Shown here piece by piece: positions 25,460 through 32,000 of a stretch of 32,000 bases of DNA. Both the position numbers and the translations under genes were made by a program. Within the stretch, counting starts at the first letter, position 1. Each line of letters starts with the position of its first letter. Under the pieces are notes generated by a model. That model did no database searches and was not told the origin of the DNA. It worked only from the letters and a program-made list of their open reading frames with translations. The DNA lies in assembly GCA_905480015.1 (NCBI GenBank), contig CAJQOT010000045.1:4791-36790 (forward strand), given 5' to 3'. The DNA comes from an uncultured Rickettsiales bacterium. GTDB lineage: Bacteria > Pseudomonadota > Alphaproteobacteria > Rickettsiales > Deianiraeaceae.

Positions 25460-26096
25460 TTTTCTTTCATATAGACGGGACATTGACAGTGTAGATAAAC
25501 AAATAATCACCCTTCTTCAGGAAAGGTCTGCAATTGTCCAAAAGGTAAAAATGATAAAAGATTCCAACAGTGACAAATTTACACTCTACATTAAACCCGA
25601 TCGTGAACATCAAATTCTTTCATATGTTACAACTAACGCATTGGGGTATTCAAAAAAACTCTTCTACAACTGTTGGCGTGGAATAGTTTCCGCCTCTAAC
25701 TTTCTTGAGCAAGACCTACATCTACTTGCCACATCACATAATACACAATCTGATATACACCAGCATTTTGGTATGCAAAAAACTCCCACAATAGAACACA
25801 ACGCGCAAAAAGCCTTTACATTAATGCACAATAATACACATCATATTTTAGCTTTTAAAGCCAACGATGAAAGTGTATGGAACATACTTAAACAACAGAC
25901 GGATATCAAAGTTTTTGCCGAAACACATACAGTTACAAAAGAAAAAACACTGTTATGCGGAAAAATTAATGTCGATCCATCCGCACCTGCACTTGCAATT
26001 ACCACACAATCTGGCAAGTTTCTTTCAAAAGGCATTTATACCACGCACAATTTTTCTACGACAGATCTTGGGTATTTTTATCCACTAGTTATTTAA
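25452..26096 (+). CDS. Chorismate mutase (AroQ) domain protein with a divergent C-terminal domain (degenerate prephenate-dehydratase-like?)
   Basis: The track ORF 25359-26096 overlaps nuoC. The ATG at 25452 gives MNNFLSYRRDIDSVDKQIITLLQERSAIVQKVKMIK...IKPDREHQIL...WRGIVSASNFLEQ, matching the AroQ pattern R..ID.iD..ll.LL..R...K...P.RE...S...Q. The remaining ~125 aa are not confidently recognisable. Confidence 0.65.
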   Translation: MNNFLSYRRDIDSVDKQIITLLQERSAIVQKVKMIKDSNSDKFTLYIKPDREHQILSYVTTNALGYSKKLFYNCWRGIVSASNFLEQDLHLLATSHNTQSDIHQHFGMQKTPTIEHNAQKAFTLMHNNTHHILAFKANDESVWNILKQQTDIKVFAETHTVTKEKTLLCGKINVDPSAPALAITTQSGKFLSKGIYTTHNFSTTDLGYFYPLVI

Positions 26097-27200
26097 AAAC
26101 TCCATTACTTTAACTACAATTTTTCTTGCCAACTCCCGCTTCAAGCAATCAAATTCCTCATATTGATTATGAGATACAATTATTCCACTTGTTTCATCTT
26201 TGCCAAATACAAGGGCATTTCCTACAATAAAATCACACCCTTTATTTTGTAGTTTTTTTAGTGCGTTTTGTTTAAGATTCTCACTTTCAGCGGCAAATCC
26301 AACAACACATTTAGGAGTCACCTCCCCAGTGGCAATTATTTTGAGTATATCAGGGTTTTGCACTAATTGTAGACTTTCAATATCTTGCTTCTTAATTTTC
26401 CCTTGAACTTTATTAAAGGTAAAATCTGCAACAGCAGCAGATGCAATAAATACATCACATTGTAATTTTTGCACTTCAGTAAGCATTTCCTTTGCGGACT
26501 CCACCTCCACAACTTTACACCATGCAGGAAAATCAACATCTGTGTGTGCCTTAACAATTGTAACATCATGACCACAAAAAGCTTTTGCAATTTCCAGTGC
26601 CTGCTTTCCAGTAGAAATATTTGTCATATAACGCACGTCATCAAGTTTTTCTATCGTTCCACCAGCGGTAATAACAACTTTAATATCACTCGTAAAAAAT
26701 AGACACTTCATAATTTCTGCAATTGATGCAAGCTTTCCAATGCCACTTTCTCCACAAGCAAGCTTCCCATTTGCAGGGTTGATAATTTCAAAATTATACT
26801 TTTGTAGCTTTGCAATGTTTTCTTGAACAATAGGATTATTCCACATTTCAACATTCATTGCAGGGGCAATAATAGTTCTGACACTCTGCTTTCTTGCCAA
26901 AAAAATATCAAGTAACAAATTTCCACCAATTCCATTGGCAACTTTAGCAATAGTTGACGCCGTAGCAGGGCAAAGAAGTAGGTAGTCACACCATCTAGAA
27001 AGTGAAATATGTTCCATTTGACCAGTATCTTTAGTAAATACCTCCGCACCAAGACCTTCAAAAATTATAGGCGAGATCATTTTTTTTGCCGCACACGAAA
27101 GCACAACTTTAACCTCATGCCCTTCCTTAATACACTCTCTGACTAACTCACATGATTTATAAATTGCAATTGAAGCTGAAACACACAGGAGAATTTTCAT
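26085..27200 (-). CDS. coaBC: Bifunctional phosphopantothenoylcysteine decarboxylase / phosphopantothenate-cysteine ligase
   Basis: 371 aa. Flavoprotein N-terminus MKILLCVSASIAIYKSCELVR, then PAMNVEMW, ACGESGIGKLA, ITAGGT.E.LD.VRYMTN.STGK and AAVADF. Confidence 0.9.
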   Translation of the reverse strand: MKILLCVSASIAIYKSCELVRECIKEGHEVKVVLSCAAKKMISPIIFEGLGAEVFTKDTGQMEHISLSRWCDYLLLCPATASTIAKVANGIGGNLLLDIFLARKQSVRTIIAPAMNVEMWNNPIVQENIAKLQKYNFEIINPANGKLACGESGIGKLASIAEIMKCLFFTSDIKVVITAGGTIEKLDDVRYMTNISTGKQALEIAKAFCGHDVTIVKAHTDVDFPAWCKVVEVESAKEMLTEVQKLQCDVFIASAAVADFTFNKVQGKIKKQDIESLQLVQNPDILKIIATGEVTPKCVVGFAAESENLKQNALKKLQNKGCDFIVGNALVFGKDETSGIIVSHNQYEEFDCLKRELARKIVVKVMEFLNN

Positions 27201-27278
27201 AGTATTATAACTAATGTAGTTGCACTATAATCAATGGCAATGGGAAATCAATATAAAAAAATAAATGTAAAAAAAATC

Positions 27279-27311
27279 TTGACATTAGTGATAATTGATA
27301 ACCTATTATCA
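27279..27311 (+). promoter_or_regulatory. Candidate promoter (TTGACA at 27279-27284; TATTAT at 27304-27309, 19-nt spacer) overlapped by a Fur-box-like operator
   Basis: GATAATTGATAACCTATTATC (27290-27310) compares with the 19-bp Fur consensus GATAATGATAATCATTATC. The perfect inverted 7-mers TGATAAT (27289-27295) and ATTATCA (27305-27311) flank an extra TGATAAC. The site lies 21 bp upstream of the TonB-dependent receptor start codon. Confidence 0.45.
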
Positions 27312-27331
27312 TTTGTCATTATTAAAAGTAT

Positions 27332-29362
27332 ATGCTCTACATAATTTTATCTTTTATTACACTCTTTGCCTTCGCACAAGAAGACACAGTATTAGTAGAA
27401 GTAATAAAAAATACAAAAATGCCAATTGGGCTGTCAACTGCTCATAATGCCAATCATGTATTATACAATGAAGAGTTTATAAAGTCTCGCCCACAAGCAC
27501 AAAATGTGTTAGAAGCATTAGAGGGAAATAATTCGATAGAATACCAAAAGAATTTACAAGACTTTGGAGGTCATTCTGGTGTTTCAATTAATCAATTACC
27601 ATTTTATTACACTTCAATTTTTATTGATGATATATTTATTCCAGCAAATTTTCTTGATGCATCGCAACTTTTCAGCACCGCAAGCACGCAAGCAGTTGAA
27701 GTAAAAAAAGGAGCTGGCTCCACGGGTACAAATCCCTCATCCCTTTCTGGAGCAGTACATATTAAAACTTTAAATACACTACAAAATTCCCAATCTATTC
27801 GTGTAACTGGTGGTCAGTATGGTTACTTTAATGGTGACTTCTCCATAACAAAAAAAGTTGACGAACGCTCAGGGTTTTTGTTGTCAGCTTCTAGTAATGG
27901 ACAGTCACATATTGACAACAACAACGACAACATTGCCGAAAGCCCCAAAACAAGAAATTTCCACTCTGTTATTGCACACCAATTAAAACAAAATGACTTA
28001 CAAATTAAAACAAGGATAGATATTTCTAAAAATAAGCGTTCCGGTGGCTCAACCATTGTAAATAAAAATAATACAACGGGCAATCCTTTTAACTTTATTA
28101 ATGCTGGTAGCCCAATTAACAATGGCTGGAAGACAGACACCGGAAGCACAAACATTTATAACGAAGGCACAGTAGGTATGCTAGAAATTATTGACTCCAC
28201 ACGCATTTCATTACTTTCATCTATTAATAGTGATAAATTTACAGGTGGTGGAGTTATTTCATTTTTACAAAGAGATAACTTCTACGCTGGCAATGAATAC
28301 AAAGCTGACGAGACAAATATATTTTTGACAGGTGCAAAAAAAATATCTTCCAATAATATACATTTTAAAATTGGTGGAGATTTTCAATTTCAAAATCTAA
28401 AATCACAGATTAACTATCAAGGCAATTCTAATACAGGTAACAACCCAGACGGTTATAGTTACACCAATATTGCATTATTCGCAAACGCAAAACATAGCAA
28501 CAAGAAATGGATATCAGATATTTCCACAAGAATAAATTATCATAATCATTTTAACAATAATAGTGTCTTAAGAGGAAAGATTGGCTATATTCATAACAAT
28601 AACATTACTTCTACACTTTCAGCTGGTAATTCATATTTTATGCCCGGTAGTTCATTTGAGCAAAATCACGAGTTAATACACGAGCAAATCAGCACTCTTG
28701 AACGCAAAGTACAAAAACAAACAAGCGTTATTAATGCTTCATACAACGCTGCATTTGCTTATGATAAGCTACAAATAAATATGAACTATAATTTTAATGA
28801 AATTAAAAACATTGCAGCATTAGAAGTAGAAAGCAATATAGGGTCTTTCAAGACTCTTAATGGAAAGTATACAATTCATGGCATTGGTCTAGATGCTTCA
28901 TATTTCATAACACCTTCATTGTTATGGCATAGCTCCGCAGAAAGATATTGGCATAACCTTTCAAACATTGAACATGGCTATGTGATACTCTCTCGTCCAA
29001 CATACAAATTATTTACAAGTTTGACTAAAAACTTTCACAAACACCAAATTCGCTTGAAGGGAACATATTTTGGTAAACAAAATTTAGAAGAATTTTATGG
29101 AAAAATTTACAATCTTTCAGGAAGTCAAAATCCTAAATTTTCTAATAATTTTTTAATAATGGATTTAGATTACAATGTAAAGCTATATAAAAATTTTACA
29201 ATATTTGCAGGTGTTGAAAATATATTAAATTATATTCAGGTCAAACATAGTTCGCCAATTGCTCAAAGGGAAGGTCACGCTGGAGAGTTAGACAATATAA
29301 ACACATGGGGGCCAGTTCGTGGAAGATTCTTTTATATTGGATTTCAAAAAACTATTCATTAA
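27332..29362 (+). CDS. TonB-dependent outer-membrane receptor family protein
   Basis: 676 aa. Signal peptide MLYIILSFITLFAFA, a TonB-box-like EDTVLVEV and a plug-domain pattern (VLEALEGNNSIEY...QAVEVKKGAGSTGTNPSSLSGAVHIKT). A long Asn/Gly/Tyr-rich beta-barrel region follows, with a C-terminal strand FAGVENILNY...GRFFYIGFQKTIH. Confidence 0.75.
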   Translation: MLYIILSFITLFAFAQEDTVLVEVIKNTKMPIGLSTAHNANHVLYNEEFIKSRPQAQNVLEALEGNNSIEYQKNLQDFGGHSGVSINQLPFYYTSIFIDDIFIPANFLDASQLFSTASTQAVEVKKGAGSTGTNPSSLSGAVHIKTLNTLQNSQSIRVTGGQYGYFNGDFSITKKVDERSGFLLSASSNGQSHIDNNNDNIAESPKTRNFHSVIAHQLKQNDLQIKTRIDISKNKRSGGSTIVNKNNTTGNPFNFINAGSPINNGWKTDTGSTNIYNEGTVGMLEIIDSTRISLLSSINSDKFTGGGVISFLQRDNFYAGNEYKADETNIFLTGAKKISSNNIHFKIGGDFQFQNLKSQINYQGNSNTGNNPDGYSYTNIALFANAKHSNKKWISDISTRINYHNHFNNNSVLRGKIGYIHNNNITSTLSAGNSYFMPGSSFEQNHELIHEQISTLERKVQKQTSVINASYNAAFAYDKLQINMNYNFNEIKNIAALEVESNIGSFKTLNGKYTIHGIGLDASYFITPSLLWHSSAERYWHNLSNIEHGYVILSRPTYKLFTSLTKNFHKHQIRLKGTYFGKQNLEEFYGKIYNLSGSQNPKFSNNFLIMDLDYNVKLYKNFTIFAGVENILNYIQVKHSSPIAQREGHAGELDNINTWGPVRGRFFYIGFQKTIH

Positions 29363-29445
29363 TTTATATTGGTATATATTAACGGATTGCCTCAAATAAG
29401 AAGCTTGATTTTTTATGTTACACCACTTCTTAATAGAAATATTGT

Positions 29446-30609
29446 ATGTTAAAAATTATGGATCCTATCAAATTAACCAAAGAATTGATATCGTTTGAAA
29501 CAATTACACCCAATGATGCTGGAAGCCTACCATTTATGGAAGATTTATTAAAAAGTATTGGGTTTTCTGTCATTATAAAAAAATTCGAAGATATTGATTC
29601 CTCTTCAAGGGCAACATATAATCTTTATGCATATACACACAAAGCTCCAAAAAAAAATATGACATTCCTCGGACATCTTGATGTTGTACACCCAGGACAC
29701 GATTCAGACTGGACATACCCTCCATTTGAACCAACCATAGAAAATGGATTATTTTACGGTAGAGGAATGTGTGATATGAAAGCAGCAATTGCGTGCTTTT
29801 GCAGTGCATCTTGTAATGTTATTGCTAATTTACAAAAAGATGATGGGCTTTCAATGTTACTAACTTACGACGAAGAAGGCAATGCTATCAATGGAACAAA
29901 AAAAATGTTACACTTCTTGAAAAACGAGGGCTTTGTATTTTCAGACGCAATTACTGGTGAACCTACATGTGAAGAAAAAATTGGAGATACTGTGAAGATT
30001 GGTCGCCGTGGAAGTGTGAATTTTAATATTGAAATAATAGGAAAGCAGGGGCATGTGGCGTATCAAGAACTTGCGAATAACCCTGTTTATGTAGTATCAA
30101 AAATTATTCTTGCATTAAAAAACTATGAATTTGATAGGGGCAATAAGAATTTTGAACCAACGAATCTTGAAATCACCGGTATGGAAACATCGACGAAAGA
30201 AACGGGAATTATACCAAATTCTATAAAAATAATGTGTAATGTGCGTTTTAATGACGACCATTCATCAAGCAATATAATTCAAAAAGTTAAGAGCATTGTA
30301 GAGCAAAACATTGGTGAATTTTCATATAAAATTGCAAATAAAGTTTCAGGAGAGTCCTTTTCCTTAAAAAATGATGAGCTTGCAAGCCAAATGCAGGAGG
30401 CAATTTTTGAAGTTACGAATGTCAAGGCAAAGCTTTCAACTGCTGGCGGGACAAGTGACGCAAGGTTTATGAAAAATTATGCAAATATTGTAGAATTCGG
30501 CATGCTTAATGCTACGGCTCATAAAATTGACGAACATATTGAGACTTCTCACATTACAACTGTTACAGAGATTTATACAAAGTTTTTGAAAAAATATTTT
30601 AATTTATGA
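29446..30609 (+). CDS. dapE: Succinyl-diaminopimelate desuccinylase
   Basis: 387 aa, with an alternative start at 29458 (MDPIKL). Contains LISFETITPNDAG, FLGHLDVVHPG, W..PPFEPTIENGLFYGRGMCDMKAAIA, DEEG and GRRGS. Confidence 0.9.
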   Translation: MLKIMDPIKLTKELISFETITPNDAGSLPFMEDLLKSIGFSVIIKKFEDIDSSSRATYNLYAYTHKAPKKNMTFLGHLDVVHPGHDSDWTYPPFEPTIENGLFYGRGMCDMKAAIACFCSASCNVIANLQKDDGLSMLLTYDEEGNAINGTKKMLHFLKNEGFVFSDAITGEPTCEEKIGDTVKIGRRGSVNFNIEIIGKQGHVAYQELANNPVYVVSKIILALKNYEFDRGNKNFEPTNLEITGMETSTKETGIIPNSIKIMCNVRFNDDHSSSNIIQKVKSIVEQNIGEFSYKIANKVSGESFSLKNDELASQMQEAIFEVTNVKAKLSTAGGTSDARFMKNYANIVEFGMLNATAHKIDEHIETSHITTVTEIYTKFLKKYFNL

Positions 30610-31340
30610 AGATATTTGGCATTTTAAATGTCACTCCAGATTCATTTTCCGACGGTGGGGAATTTATCACACAAAACAATGCAATTAAACATGCAAAAGA
30701 GCTTTGCAAAAAATGCTACGCACTTGATATTGGTTCACAGTCAACAAGACCAAATGCTCCGGTTATTTCATATAAAAAGGAAATTCATCGCCTTGGAAAT
30801 ATTATTTCTGAAGTTTCAAAATTTGCTAATACAAGTATAGATTCATATCATTTTGAAACGCAAAATTTTGCATTAACTCAGGGCGTAAGCTTTATAAATG
30901 ACGTCTCTTCATTTCAAGATACACGCATTTTTCACGATTACCCAAAAAAAGTCAAGTTTATCTTTATGCATTCCCTGACAATACCCACGCAAAAAAGTGT
31001 TGTAATGCAGTCACATAAAATGGATATGGTGAATGAAATTAAACACTGGGCAAAGCAAAAAATTGCAATCCTTACATCTTATGGTGCCCCAAGGGAGAGT
31101 TTTATTTTAGATATTGGCATTGGCTTTGGTAAAACGGCAGAGCAATCGTTATATTTAATTGAACACATTGAGGAATTTTTAGATATTGGAATTAAAATTA
31201 TGGTTGGGCATTCGAGAAAGTCTTTTATGGAGAACATCAAAGCTAACTCTACAATAGCAGAGCGGGATAATATTACAAGAGAAATAACAAAAGAACTGGA
31301 ACACAAAGGTGTGCATTATGTTAGAGTTCACAAACCATAA
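30606..31340 (+). CDS. folP: Dihydropteroate synthase (short form)
   Basis: 244 aa. Contains MKIFGILNVTPDSFSDGG, LDIGSQSTRP, SIDSYH, FINDVS, ILDIGIGFGKT, VGHSRKSF and YVRVHKP at the extreme C-terminus. The ATGA start overlaps the dapE stop. Confidence 0.9.
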   Translation: MKIFGILNVTPDSFSDGGEFITQNNAIKHAKELCKKCYALDIGSQSTRPNAPVISYKKEIHRLGNIISEVSKFANTSIDSYHFETQNFALTQGVSFINDVSSFQDTRIFHDYPKKVKFIFMHSLTIPTQKSVVMQSHKMDMVNEIKHWAKQKIAILTSYGAPRESFILDIGIGFGKTAEQSLYLIEHIEEFLDIGIKIMVGHSRKSFMENIKANSTIAERDNITREITKELEHKGVHYVRVHKP

Positions 31341-31346
31341 AATATT

Positions 31347-32000
31347 CTATACTTCAACGCTTTCAATTGAAATACACTCACAATCTGGAAGCATTTTTTT
31401 AGCAATATTTGTTAGTACGCTTTTTGCTCCAATTTCAATCATTTTAGTGATACCACTTTTTTTTGCAAGGTACATTGTCTCACGCCAACGGACATTCCCA
31501 TGAACTTGTGCAATCAGTAAATCTTTAATTGTTTCTGGGTCACTCTCTGGTTCGGCAGTAATGTTTGATACAACAAATGGCATTGGTGTAGATATTTTAA
31601 TTTCTAAAAATTTTCTGGCAAGCTTTCTTGCGGCGGACTCCATAAAAGGAGAATGAAATGGTCCACTTACAGGAAGATTGATAATTCTTTTAACTGGAAG
31701 GTCTTTAGCAAGAACAATGGCACGCTCAATTGCCTCAACAGAACCACTAATAACAATTTGATCGTCGGAGTTATCATTCGCAATTGTCAGCACATCAATT
31801 TCCCTTGCTTCTTTTACAAGCTTTGAAACGGTTTTAATGTCCGATCCAAGAACGGCTGCCATAGAACCCTTACCTTCGGAGCAAGCTTCTAACATAAATT
31901 TTCCACGATATTTTAAGATTTTTGCTGTGTCCATAAGGCTTATTGCACCAGAAGCACACAAAGCGGAGTATTCCCCAAGAGAGTGTCCCGCAACGAATCT
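31347..32000 (-). CDS. fabD: Malonyl CoA-acyl carrier protein transacylase (C-terminal ~217 codons; the 5' end lies beyond the right edge)
   Basis: The track ORF is 31347-31961. The frame stays open to the window end, where the complement of 31962-32000 reads ..FVAGHSLGEYSA (GHSLGE active-site serine), continuing into LCASGAISLMDTAKILKYRGKFM...VSGPFHSPFM. Confidence 0.9.
   Translation of the reverse strand, partial: RFVAGHSLGEYSALCASGAISLMDTAKILKYRGKFMLEACSEGKGSMAAVLGSDIKTVSKLVKEAREIDVLTIANDNSDDQIVISGSVEAIERAIVLAKDLPVKRIINLPVSGPFHSPFMESAARKLARKFLEIKISTPMPFVVSNITAEPESDPETIKDLLIAQVHGNVRWRETMYLAKKSGITKMIEIGAKSVLTNIAKKMLPDCECISIESVEV

Noticed and set aside
1-32000. Search for tRNA, rRNA, IS elements, integrases, phage genes, toxin-antitoxin pairs or defence islands
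   Set aside because: No intergenic region is long or structured enough for a tRNA or rRNA. No ORF shows transposase (DDE), recombinase, nuclease/ATPase defence or toxin-antitoxin hallmarks that I can recognise. The window is mostly core genome.

Overview
Gene-dense, AT-rich window of about 31 protein-coding genes with short intergenic spacers and many 4-12 bp gene overlaps. Protein motifs suggest a reduced, host-associated alphaproteobacterium, possibly Rickettsiales/Holosporales-like: an ACP reading [20 protein letters not shown], a free-standing nuoC, SdhE, a monothiol Grx and a VirB6/TrbL paralog. I cannot assign a taxon without a database search. Most of the window is ordinary housekeeping and biosynthesis: purL (partial), glyA, cdsA, dapA, prfA, rsmD, proA, dapF, nrdB, map, rimM, acpP, grxD, pgk, sdhE, ribD, a FolM/PTR1-type SDR, a SEDS protein, rpoD, nuoC, coaBC, dapE, folP and fabD (partial). 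I found no rRNA, tRNA, CRISPR array, transposase, integrase or obvious mobile element, and no recognisable multi-gene defence or toxin system. The parts worth a second look are accessory-looking single genes. (1) A repeat-rich ORFan (1566-2504) has four perfect 27-bp in-frame tandem repeats, Lys/Ala/Glu low-complexity blocks, a degenerate J-domain-like core (HPD changed to HTD) and a G+C-rich basic/Pro-rich tail. (2) A signal-peptide-bearing 14-Cys protein (8644-9711) carries repeated C-x-x-G-Y modules reminiscent of Sushi/CCP domains. (3) A solitary VirB6/TrbL-like type IV secretion membrane protein (15439-17487) has a poly-acidic tail and lies directly upstream of rimM and a membrane-anchored coiled-coil ORFan. 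(4) A TonB-dependent receptor is preceded by a Fur-box-like operator overlapping a TTGACA promoter. (5) Three pathway fragments stand alone: an ilvH-like ACT protein, a chorismate-mutase fusion protein and nuoC. All calls rest on motif recognition by eye. No similarity search, HMM or structure prediction was run.
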